DNA of 64,000 nucleotides, taken from NCBI GenBank assembly GCA_943329665.2, contig CALQEU020000009.1, positions 19,489-83,488 of the forward strand, given 5' to 3'. The DNA is from Bifidobacterium breve. GTDB lineage: Bacteria; Bacteroidota; Bacteroidia; AKYH767-A; OLB10. Position 1 is the first letter of the stretch, and each line of letters begins with the position of its first letter. The notes beneath the pieces were generated by a model. It saw nothing but the letters and a program-made list of their open reading frames with translations. It was not told where the DNA came from and ran no database searches. A program made the translations under genes and the position numbers. Below are positions 48,319 to 57,059 of this stretch, one piece after another.

Positions 48319-48383
48319 TCCAAGTCTACGCAATAAATGTAATTATTTTCATAGACTTCGGAGAATATGGAACTCTACTAAAA

Positions 48384-48581
48384 TCAGACATCTCCTGTTT
48401 TAGGATGATTCGTGTTGATGCCTAAAATGCTATATAGCGGGCAAATACCAACAACGCCTGTAATAAATGGGATGAGACCTAAAAGCGCCCAAGGACTGTT
48501 GTGGTATACAAAAAACATGGCGATGGTCACACCTAGAAATACTCTAATTACCCGATCGGTAGAACTTTCATTTGTTTTCAT
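48384..48581 (-). CDS. DUF2892 (YgaP-like) small membrane protein
   Basis: 65 aa. DRVIRVFLGV...GICPLYSILGI is the DUF2892 pattern. Confidence 0.7.
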   Translation of the reverse strand: MKTNESSTDRVIRVFLGVTIAMFFVYHNSPWALLGLIPFITGVVGICPLYSILGINTNHPKTGDV

Positions 48582-48658
48582 GATGTTGCAGTTTAAATTT
48601 GATTTTCAAAAATAAACTGCTAAATCGTTTTTGTAACTATCAAAAATCAGCTCAAAAA

Positions 48659-48672
48659 ATGATCTTTGTCAG
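48659..48672. promoter_or_regulatory. Weaker FNR-like palindrome ATGATCTTTGTCAG upstream of the DUF2892-kinase-regulator genes
   Basis: TGAT-N4-GTCA. Its centre is 84.5 nt upstream of the DUF2892 ATG (48581). Confidence 0.25.
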
Positions 48673-48675
48673 ACT

Positions 48676-50076
48676 CTACAAAGTAAAACTTTCATGCATC
48701 ATGGGTATGACAATGTCTGAAAAACCCATTCCATGCAAATGCTTTTTAAATGTCAATTGCGCTTCTTTTTCCCCGTGCACTAAGAATAAGCGCTTTACCT
48801 TTGAAGTGTCCTGACATGATAAGTATTGCATGAGTTCTTCATAGTCCGCATGAGCACTATAAGAACCCATCACTTTAACACTTGCTCTTAAAGGAATCAA
48901 CTTACCAAAAATTCGCACTTCCGATTCTCCTTGGATCATTCTATCGCCTAAGGAACCCGGCGGAACAAAACCAACAATTAAAACGGTGTTTTTAGCGTCC
49001 ATAATATTATTTTTTAGATGATGCTTTATCCGACCCGCTTCCATCATTCCAGAAGCAGAGATAATAATACATGGCTCTTGTTTTTCATTCAACTTCTTCG
49101 ATAATTCTACGTCGCGGATATAATGTAAGCTCTCAAATCCAAATGGATCATCATCTTTTTTCATGTACTCAACAATTTCCGGATTGAACGAGTCCCTATG
49201 TTTCCGCATGATGGCAGTAGCACTGATAGCAAGAGGTGAATCTACATAAACTGGAATTTTCTCGAGTTGTCCTTTGTTGAAAAGACGATTGAGTGCATAA
49301 ACGATTTCCTGTGTCCGACCTAAACTAAATGCAGGAATAATTAATTTCCCTTTGTTTAAAATACAAGTTTGATGTACTACTTTCAATAATTCAAGTTCAG
49401 TGTTTTCTACATCTTCATGAAGTCGGTCGCCGTAAGTGGATTCCGTAATGATATAATCTGCTTGAGGAAATGGTTGAGGTGACTTTAAAATATAATCGTT
49501 GAATCGGCCAGTATCTCCTGAAAAGAAAACTTTTACCTTTTCTTCAGGCTCATCAAACTCTAAATTAACAGCAGCGCTGCCTAAAATATGTCCCGCATCC
49601 GTAAAATGAAAACGAATATGCTTATCGATAGCCACCTTCTCATTGAGCTCCACGGGGACAAATAATTTCAAAGCTTCTTGCACATCTTCCAACGTATAGA
49701 GTGGATCTATTTCTTTTTGCCCATTTCTAGCTCGTTTTCTATTGAGATATTTTACATCACTCTCTTGAATATGGGCGCTGTCTTCCAACATAATAGTACA
49801 CAAATCAAGAGTTGCTAGTGTACAATAAATAGGACCAGAAAAGCCTTGTCTTATCAAATGAGGAATATTCCCCGAATGATCAATATGAGCATGCGACAAA
49901 ATCATATAATCTACTTCTGTGGGATCAAATCCAAAATGCCGATTCATATCCGCATTGTCGCCACCTCGGTTTTGAAAGAGTCCGCAATCGAGCAATATTT
50001 TTTTACCACGATCTGTTGTAATGAGATGCTTACTTCCAGTAACGGTTTGTGCGGCTCCGTGAAATGTTATTTGCAT
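48676..50076 (-). CDS. MBL-fold / beta-CASP RNA-metabolising metallo-hydrolase
   Basis: 466 aa. HAHIDHSG (HxHxDH motif), beta-CASP motifs, and a C-terminal RNA-specificity domain (SAHADYEEL). Confidence 0.88.
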   Translation of the reverse strand: MQITFHGAAQTVTGSKHLITTDRGKKILLDCGLFQNRGGDNADMNRHFGFDPTEVDYMILSHAHIDHSGNIPHLIRQGFSGPIYCTLATLDLCTIMLEDSAHIQESDVKYLNRKRARNGQKEIDPLYTLEDVQEALKLFVPVELNEKVAIDKHIRFHFTDAGHILGSAAVNLEFDEPEEKVKVFFSGDTGRFNDYILKSPQPFPQADYIITESTYGDRLHEDVENTELELLKVVHQTCILNKGKLIIPAFSLGRTQEIVYALNRLFNKGQLEKIPVYVDSPLAISATAIMRKHRDSFNPEIVEYMKKDDDPFGFESLHYIRDVELSKKLNEKQEPCIIISASGMMEAGRIKHHLKNNIMDAKNTVLIVGFVPPGSLGDRMIQGESEVRIFGKLIPLRASVKVMGSYSAHADYEELMQYLSCQDTSKVKRLFLVHGEKEAQLTFKKHLHGMGFSDIVIPMMHESFTL

Positions 50077-50255
50077 ATTAAATTTTCTCTGCGTTTTTGG
50101 TTCTATTAGTTTCTAAGCAATTGTGAAGAACATTATTCCATCGAACTTAGCGCCTCTGCGCCTTTGCGAGACAATTTTCCATCTTCATCTTTTCGAGAAA
50201 TTTGTTCCTAGATGAATTTACTGTGTAAATATAAGAAAAGTAATAAATTGCAACG

Positions 50256-50263
50256 TATTTTTG
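50256..50263 (+). promoter_or_regulatory. -7 promoter box TATTTTTG
   Basis: Matches TAnnTTTG, 16 nt upstream of the ATG at 50279. It overlaps the ORF-track start at 50261, which is therefore rejected. Confidence 0.4.
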
Positions 50264-50278
50264 TTAGTCAATCAATCT

Positions 50279-50854
50279 ATGATAAAAATCAGACTGCTAT
50301 TCATCCTTTGCTTCTCCATGTTGCTGGGATTGCATCTTTATGCACAAGAAAATACTCGAGAGGTAGTGTGGAATCAAATAAACGGACTTACGACAGATGA
50401 TTTCCAAAGAAATTTAGCGAATGTCCCAAAAAAGCAAAAAGTGGGTCGCAATACGTATGCTCAGCTAGAAGGATATATTTATTGCGGAATTAAATTTTCG
50501 TATGAGCAAAGAGGAAATAATTTGAAATACGAAATCTATTCATTCATGGAACCAGCCCAATCCTGGATCCGCGACAAAAGCAATGTAGGAACCCTCGAGC
50601 ATGAACAAGCCCATTTTAATATTTCTGAAATATATGCTCGTAAACTCAAATACGATTTACGAAATGAATGGAATTTAAAGAGAGCGAAAAAGAAGTACAA
50701 GCAGATGTTTAAATCGCTGTTAAAAAAACAAGCCGCTTTTGATAAAGATCATCACGGCGAAGTAGGAGTAGAGCGCAAATGGGAAATATGGATTGCCGAT
50801 CAATTGCGAGAGTTGAATCAGTATGCGGATAAGAGCTTAAATTTGAGACGGTGA
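50279..50854 (+). CDS. DUF922-like secreted Zn-dependent protease
   Basis: Signal peptide MIKIRLLFILCFSMLLGLHLYAQ and the HExxH-like motif LEHEQAHFNISE. Confidence 0.72.
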   Translation: MIKIRLLFILCFSMLLGLHLYAQENTREVVWNQINGLTTDDFQRNLANVPKKQKVGRNTYAQLEGYIYCGIKFSYEQRGNNLKYEIYSFMEPAQSWIRDKSNVGTLEHEQAHFNISEIYARKLKYDLRNEWNLKRAKKKYKQMFKSLLKKQAAFDKDHHGEVGVERKWEIWIADQLRELNQYADKSLNLRR

Positions 50855-50869
50855 TGTTCTATTCCCTTT

Positions 50870-51127
50870 CTAATATTGACTTAACTTGTTTTTCAAATTG
50901 CTTTTTGGTCGGTAGATAGAGTTGATATTGCTTTGAGGAATCTTTAAAAAATCTAATACATAAGGGTCTTAAATCAATTCAGCTGGTGTACTTGTTGGTT
51001 TATCTTTTACAGATAAATGCAAAACCTCTTTTTTATTTTTACTAAGAACAAGCCGCTCATATAATGAAGAGTAAATTTGACGTTCCAATTCTCGCTTTGA
51101 CCAATTTTCGTGGATGGATTTTTCTTC
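50870..51127 (-). pseudogene. Remnant of a DUF1016 / YhcG-type PDDEXK nuclease gene
   Basis: My minus-strand translation reads EEKSIHENWSKRELERQIYSSLYERLVLSKNKKEVLHLSVKDKPTSTPAELI*DPYVLDFLKIPQS...SQY*. The WS.RELERQI.S.LYERL and DPYVLDFL blocks match the central part of DUF1016 proteins, from memory. There is an in-frame stop and both the N-terminus and the nuclease core are missing. Confidence 0.5.
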
Positions 51128-51174
51128 ATACGAATATTAGTTGGAATCAAAACAGAATAGATACCCTTTAATCT

Positions 51175-52236
51175 TTAAAAAAAAACCTCGGTAGCACCAC
51201 TTCCATAACGCTCATAGGAGCCATCACTGAACTTTAAATTGGATTCGCGGAGTATTTGGCGGATTTCAGTTTTGAGTCGACCATTGCCAATGCCATGGAT
51301 AAACACAATGCTTTTCTGTTGTCGCAAATAACATTTGTCGAGCTCTTTCTTAAAATGCGCCAATTGTATTTGAATGATCTCGGCATTGCTTAATCCCTCA
51401 ATGGAATGTGTGATCTCTTCAATATGTAAATCAATCTCAATCAACGATGGCGACAAACCATGTTTTCGCAACAAATCATTGCCACCTTGTTCCCGCTTGA
51501 TGATTTTCTTTTCTTCTTTTATGATGGGCGTTTGGCGATGCTCATTCTGTAGTTTCTCGAGCAACAAATCCATGTTTTCTTCCGTCGATTCATCCTCATG
51601 AAATAAAACCATCGACTTCGCAAAAGAAAGTGGAGTAGAAAGGTGTGGAAATTGCTGTGAAAGATCAGGCAAGGTTAATGAAAAGTTTAAACTGATTTTT
51701 CTTTTAGATCTACTTGTTTGGGCAAAGAAATGTGTTCCTTCAAATTGTAATTCGTCGAAATCAAACAACTTCTCGCGTTTTAATTCACAGAGGTAGATGC
51801 ATTCTTGTGAAGCAATTCCGCCATACTGAATTCCAGTAAGTGCTTTATCTTTTCGAAAGTGTAAACTGTACGCAATCCCGTGGGAAGTTGCATTCACCAA
51901 ATACAATTTCACTGGACCTGCACTTACTTGATTTTGGGTGGGAACAACCAAAAGGTAGAGCAGATTTTTGCATGCAAATAATGTAGGGAATTGATTATGG
52001 TTTTCCCAAACAGGCATGGGTGCTGCGGTAACTGGAGTAGGGGAGTGCGATACTTTTTGCTCGCTATTCGAATGTACTTTTACTAATTCTTTCGGCGTGG
52101 CTTCAATGGGGAAATCATTTTCAATGTCGACAATCACATTTCCATTTCCAAGAACTTTTGATACGGTCCCCTCTTGCTTCTCATTGAGAAAGCGTACATA
52201 ATCTCCTTCTTGAAACTGAGTTTCACGCATCGGCAT
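51175..52236 (-). CDS. Smr-domain protein (DUF2027 plus a MutS2-C-like Smr nuclease domain)
   Basis: 353 aa. The C-terminal IEIDLHIEE...VFIHGIGNGRLKTEIRQIL is an Smr motif. Confidence 0.8.
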   Translation of the reverse strand: MPMRETQFQEGDYVRFLNEKQEGTVSKVLGNGNVIVDIENDFPIEATPKELVKVHSNSEQKVSHSPTPVTAAPMPVWENHNQFPTLFACKNLLYLLVVPTQNQVSAGPVKLYLVNATSHGIAYSLHFRKDKALTGIQYGGIASQECIYLCELKREKLFDFDELQFEGTHFFAQTSRSKRKISLNFSLTLPDLSQQFPHLSTPLSFAKSMVLFHEDESTEENMDLLLEKLQNEHRQTPIIKEEKKIIKREQGGNDLLRKHGLSPSLIEIDLHIEEITHSIEGLSNAEIIQIQLAHFKKELDKCYLRQQKSIVFIHGIGNGRLKTEIRQILRESNLKFSDGSYERYGSGATEVFF

Positions 52237-52262
52237 TTTTAAATGATAAATGGTTAATCAAA

Positions 52263-53153
52263 TTATTTTTTGAAGTAATCGGCAACAACAATATCTTTCG
52301 ATCCTTTTGTGTATTTGTAAAATCCTTCTCCTGTTTTCACTCCTAAGTTGCGAGAGGCAACCATGTTTACTAATAAAGGACACGGTGCATACTTAGGATT
52401 ACCAAATCCGTCATGCAACACTCTCAAAATACTCAAACAAGTATCTAAACCAATAAAATCAGCCAACTGCAAAGGACCCATCGGATGTGCCATACCTAAT
52501 TTCATCACCGTATCAATTTCATCTACACCAGCAACGCCTTCGAATAAACTATAAATAGCTTCGTTAATCATGGGCATTAAAATACGATTCGCAATGAATC
52601 CAGGATAATCGTTTACTTCTACAGGAGATTTTCCGAGCTTTTTTGAAATATCAAAAATTTCCTTGGTCACTTCAGCACTGGTATTATATCCGCGAATCAC
52701 TTCTACTAATTTCATCACCGGAACAGGATTCATAAAATGCATTCCAATTACCTTGTCGCCACGTGTGGTAACTGATGCAATTTTGGTGATGGAAATGGAA
52801 GAAGTATTGGAAGCTAAAATGCAGGAAGGTTTGCAAGCTGCATCTAAATCTCCAAAAATTTTTAATTTCAAATCAATGTTTTCAGTAGCAGCCTCAACCA
52901 CCAAATCTACATTTTTTACTGCCGATTTCATATCGGTATGCGTAGAGATTCTTCCCAAGGCAGTCGCTTTTTCTGCTTCAGTTAATACTCCTTTGCCAAC
53001 TTGTCGATCGAGGTTTTTACTGATGGTTTCCATCGCTTTATCTAGCGCTGTTTGTTGTATATCAATCAGCGAAACCGTGTATCCATTTTGCGCAAAAACA
53101 TGTGCGATTCCATTGCCCATCTGACCTGAACCAATTACTGCTATCTCCTGCAT
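52263..53153 (-). CDS. hbd: 3-hydroxybutyryl-CoA dehydrogenase
   Basis: 296 aa. NAD fold IAVIGSGQMGNGIA, and NTSS and HFMNP motifs of the 3-hydroxyacyl-CoA dehydrogenase family. Confidence 0.92.
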   Translation of the reverse strand: MQEIAVIGSGQMGNGIAHVFAQNGYTVSLIDIQQTALDKAMETISKNLDRQVGKGVLTEAEKATALGRISTHTDMKSAVKNVDLVVEAATENIDLKLKIFGDLDAACKPSCILASNTSSISITKIASVTTRGDKVIGMHFMNPVPVMKLVEVIRGYNTSAEVTKEIFDISKKLGKSPVEVNDYPGFIANRILMPMINEAIYSLFEGVAGVDEIDTVMKLGMAHPMGPLQLADFIGLDTCLSILRVLHDGFGNPKYAPCPLLVNMVASRNLGVKTGEGFYKYTKGSKDIVVADYFKK

Positions 53154-53440
53154 ATTCTTTTATAATTTTTATTTAATATTATTTCATCTGCTTGCGGATT
53201 AACCCAGATGTGAAATCCTTCGAAGAATTTCTTTGGCTGTGCCCAGAAGTGTAATCGTTTTTATGATTTATACATCTGGGTGACCTGAACCAATTACTGC
53301 TATCTACTGCATATTCTTTTATAATTTGTATTTAATATTATTTCATCTGCTTGCGGATTAACCCAGATGTGAAATCCTTCGAAGAATTTCTTTGGCTGTG
53401 CCCAGAAGTGTAATCGTATTTCACGATTTCTACTTCTGGG
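53122..53440. repeat. Tandem direct duplication (159 + 160 bp) covering the hbd 5' end and its upstream region
   Basis: Copy 1 is 53122-53280 and copy 2 is 53281-53440. The first ~130 nt differ at 2 positions, and the last ~30 nt are diverged. Copy 2 carries ATG CAG TAG where the gene has ATG CAG GAG. Confidence 0.9.
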
Positions 53441-53527
53441 CGAATTTAGACCATTTAGTCGAGAAAGCTGGAAAATTACTGGCTCTCCATATTTACCTAA
53501 TAACCATTACGTAAAATAGGTAATAAT

Positions 53528-55825
53528 TTAATTCTTTACAAATCTACCGTTCGCATAGATCCGTTGATTTGCATTTTTCAATTGCAAAAGATAAAATCCA
53601 GCAGGTAATTGTTGAATGTCGATACTCACTTTATCCTGAGGAGAGGATGGACTCTTCATTTCAAGAACCGCTTGCCCAGCAGAATTTATTATTTGTATCG
53701 TCGATTTTTCATCTCTATTCACAGGAAGCAATACTGAAATGGATTCATGTGCTGGATTAGGAGAAACCGCTAAGGAAAGTAGAGGAGAAGCTAGCGAATG
53801 AATTCCCGTACTCACAGGATGCAAAGTACTCTCCCAAACTCCTCTTCCATAACTTGAAGTACGAATCACGCTGCTGAAAGGACCATCATCATAAAACATA
53901 AAATCAGTGATAGAAGCAACAGACGGTAATCCTTGTGAATAATTGATCCAGTTAGGCAATGAATTATTCTTATACCACACCCCGTAGGCATTGCAAACAT
54001 ACACGGATTCGTCGCTTCCATACGGATCGCTAACGATGTTAATGATATTGATGTTTGGTAAATTTAAAGTCACATTAGACCAAGTGCTTCCTTGATCATT
54101 CGAACGATATACTTTCGATCCTGCTGTTACATAAATGATATTTGTATCACTGTTAATTCCACAAGCATATCCACTTGGATTTAAGGTTGTCGGCAAGGTA
54201 GAACTTGTCCAAACGGGAACACCACTAGAGATATTCGTCGCTTTTCTAAAAACATTGGGTGTTGTTAATACATAAGCAACATCGGCTGAGTGTGGAGCAA
54301 AAGTCATGGAACGGATTGTAGCATTGAAACTACTTGCTTGTGACCAAAACGGTACGGGACTACTTAAATCAAATGTTAAATACACATCCGCAGTACCCAT
54401 CAAACCCAATTCTGCATCTAAAGGAGTAAATGCCATTCGCGTACTATTGCTCGAAGTAAACGGTATGCCAAAAGAAACTTCATTTCCAACAATAACATTT
54501 CTCCGCTTACCATTTTCATGATAATAAACCATGTTTGAATTGCTGTAATCAAATGTCATTCTGCTTCCCCAATCACCACCGCGATTCGTTTTCCATTGTC
54601 CGTTGCTTACATACAACTCACCATTGTCCTGTGTACCGATGCTCACCATATCTTTTCTCAATGGATTCAATGCAGCATGATAAATTTCAGTAGCGCCTAA
54701 ACCTGTGCTTCGTGGAGACCAATTCACACCTCCATTTAAACTTCGCCAAACACCTCCGTCGTTGATATTATACAGTTCATTCGTGTTATAAGGATTCACT
54801 ACCACTTGATGCATATCGGTATGTAAAACCTGTGACCAAATAGTAAGTTGTGTCCATGTAACACCTCCATCAATCGATTTCCAAACCACATGTGCAACCA
54901 CATAAACAATATCGGGGTTGTTGGGATCAGCACCCATTCCAAAATTATAATTCCCCTGTCCATTACCGTTAGCATCGTAGCCCACTAAACTTTGCGAAGG
55001 ATTATGATACACTGTAGTGAATGTATTTCCACCGTCATTCGACTTAAAAATAGTTCCTTCATCTTTGATCATCCCTGCATAAACCATATTTGTATCAGCT
55101 GCCGATGTAGCCAAACGCATTCCGCCAGCTTGTCCACCGCCAGGCACTGCAATACCATTGGTAATCGTAGTCCAAGTTTCGCCAAAATCTTCCGACTTTG
55201 TAAATTCACCTCCGTAAGTTACACCATATAAAGTTCGAGATCCAAGAGCAGGTTTACTAGCTGCATCCGTAAATTGACCCGTAGATCTTTTCACAACCCA
55301 CGTAATTCCTCCATCATACGTTTTCCAAATACCCGCATTTGTAAAAGCAACAACGATATTATGATCATTAGGATCCATAATTAAATCAATCGCCATATTG
55401 TTTCCAATGTTTGCATTTGCTGGAGACCAAGTAGCACCCGCATCGACACTCTTGTAAACTCCTAAATCGGAAGAATAATAATTGGGATCGCCAGTACCAA
55501 TATAAAGGATGCTATCGTTTGTATGGTCAATGCAGATGGACGCACAAGCCGTTCGAGATAATTGATCGGTTCCAGTTATCTGCCATGAATTGGTAGCGTC
55601 ATTGCTGATCCATAATCCTCCTGATGCACTTACTGCGTAAATTTTTTGCGGATTAGTCGGATGAAATTTCATTTGACAAACTCTTCCAATTCCATTGATT
55701 TGTCCACTTACGTTAACTGGAAATTGAATGGGACCTACAGGTTGCCAATTAGCAGCGGTTTGTCCATGCAAAAATCCCGAAGTCAATAAGCAAAGAATAA
55801 TTATGATAGATGATTTTAATTTCAT
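53528..55825 (-). CDS. BNR/Asp-box repeat (sortilin/VPS10-like) secreted protein with a T9SS C-terminal domain
   Basis: Multiple SxDxGxTW boxes (SVDAGATWS, TYDGGITWV, SEDFGETWT, SIDGGVTWT, SNDQGSTWS), signal peptide MKLKSSIIIILCLL, and a T9SS CTD (LAVSPNPAHESISVLL...YLLQLKN). The ATG at 55825 is preferred to the TTG at 55861. Confidence 0.85.
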   Translation of the reverse strand: MKLKSSIIIILCLLTSGFLHGQTAANWQPVGPIQFPVNVSGQINGIGRVCQMKFHPTNPQKIYAVSASGGLWISNDATNSWQITGTDQLSRTACASICIDHTNDSILYIGTGDPNYYSSDLGVYKSVDAGATWSPANANIGNNMAIDLIMDPNDHNIVVAFTNAGIWKTYDGGITWVVKRSTGQFTDAASKPALGSRTLYGVTYGGEFTKSEDFGETWTTITNGIAVPGGGQAGGMRLATSAADTNMVYAGMIKDEGTIFKSNDGGNTFTTVYHNPSQSLVGYDANGNGQGNYNFGMGADPNNPDIVYVVAHVVWKSIDGGVTWTQLTIWSQVLHTDMHQVVVNPYNTNELYNINDGGVWRSLNGGVNWSPRSTGLGATEIYHAALNPLRKDMVSIGTQDNGELYVSNGQWKTNRGGDWGSRMTFDYSNSNMVYYHENGKRRNVIVGNEVSFGIPFTSSNSTRMAFTPLDAELGLMGTADVYLTFDLSSPVPFWSQASSFNATIRSMTFAPHSADVAYVLTTPNVFRKATNISSGVPVWTSSTLPTTLNPSGYACGINSDTNIIYVTAGSKVYRSNDQGSTWSNVTLNLPNINIINIVSDPYGSDESVYVCNAYGVWYKNNSLPNWINYSQGLPSVASITDFMFYDDGPFSSVIRTSSYGRGVWESTLHPVSTGIHSLASPLLSLAVSPNPAHESISVLLPVNRDEKSTIQIINSAGQAVLEMKSPSSPQDKVSIDIQQLPAGFYLLQLKNANQRIYANGRFVKN

Positions 55826-55850
55826 TTGAATTGCTGTTTCTGCGTAATTT

Positions 55851-56282
55851 TTAACGACCAATTGAATCTAAGATTTTTCTTCTCTCACTCGGATAAAGAA
55901 TGCTTCCATCTTCCTGCACCCAAGGCTCTGTCAAAAGCTTCCAATGCTTATATTTTTTTACGGCAAATGCTAATTCGGATTCGTCCATGGTTCTACTTCT
56001 ACTAAACAACCTTTTCAACCAACTTTCCTTCGATTTTTTCTCTTCTTCGTTTGCTGATCTCATTCCAATAATTTCATCTTCCTCATGAGGAAGATCGTGC
56101 TTGGTAAAGTAGAGGTCAAAGGCTTTTTGTATCTCGTTGTAGTTAGCCAACGTATCCTCCATCATTTCGATCCACAACGGATTTTTAGAATAAACTTTAT
56201 CAGAATACGTTTTTTGAGCTTGTAGTTGCTCTCCCATCCCGCAAAGTAGGAGGGTAAGCAATAATGAATTTCTTATTGACAT
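55851..56282 (-). CDS. Hypothetical secreted protein
   Basis: The ATG at 56282 gives a signal peptide MSIRNSLLLTLLLCGMGEQLQAQ. No family recognised. Confidence 0.6.
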   Translation of the reverse strand: MSIRNSLLLTLLLCGMGEQLQAQKTYSDKVYSKNPLWIEMMEDTLANYNEIQKAFDLYFTKHDLPHEEDEIIGMRSANEEEKKSKESWLKRLFSRSRTMDESELAFAVKKYKHWKLLTEPWVQEDGSILYPSERRKILDSIGR

Positions 56283-56315
56283 AGTAGGCAAATATACGAA
56301 AGCCAATTGTGAATT

Positions 56316-56945
56316 TTATAGCGAATAGAAAAAAACCAGGAAGAGAAACAGCCAAAGTCCTGTGCTAAAATACCAATAAGAACAAAAGAGTTCGAACCGC
56401 AATCCTTCAAATTTATTTGAGAAGTAAATCAATGATTTAACTGGGTCTTTCCATATATCTAATGATTTTAAGTTGATGTAAAATAAATAGATCGTCCCCA
56501 CTATAATATGCAAAAAGTGAAAACCCGTTATCATATAAAAAAAGAGCAAACTCACATTAATATTTACATATAATCCTTGTTCAAGAATCGAAAAGATGGC
56601 ATGCACTTGAAATCCTATAAAAGCCAAAGCAAGTAAAATGGATGCTGTCATAGAAAGTAACATACTTTGCGCTTGATCCTGCAAATGATAATTTCGGGAA
56701 ATGGAAAGCGTATAGCTACTGAAAAGTAAGGCCAGCGTACTAATCACAAATGATTTTGGGAATTGCACATTGGAGGAAGTAATCAATTGCGAATTCCAAA
56801 TTATAAACATGATGGATAAGGAAAGGAATAACAAACCAGAACCCAATAAAGCATAAAATAAAAATGCTTTATGCGGTGCTGATCTTTCTTTATAAATCGT
56901 AAGTAATGACCTGCTGGTATCGCTCCCCGTGGTATCTTTCCTCAT
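56316..56945 (-). CDS. Heme-copper oxidase subunit III-like membrane protein (orphan)
   Basis: 209 aa with five TM segments. FHFLHIIVGTIYL resembles the conserved CoxIII helix. Confidence 0.7.
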   Translation of the reverse strand: MRKDTTGSDTSRSLLTIYKERSAPHKAFLFYALLGSGLLFLSLSIMFIIWNSQLITSSNVQFPKSFVISTLALLFSSYTLSISRNYHLQDQAQSMLLSMTASILLALAFIGFQVHAIFSILEQGLYVNINVSLLFFYMITGFHFLHIIVGTIYLFYINLKSLDIWKDPVKSLIYFSNKFEGLRFELFCSYWYFSTGLWLFLFLVFFYSL

Positions 56946-57059
56946 GCCTCAATTCCTACTACCCAAATGTAAGATTTTTTTTGGTCAAGTCAATATTAAT
57001 TTTCTGCTAAATATTGAACGGATTTTTTTCGTTTTTATTTTTAATTACTTTAGCCGAAG

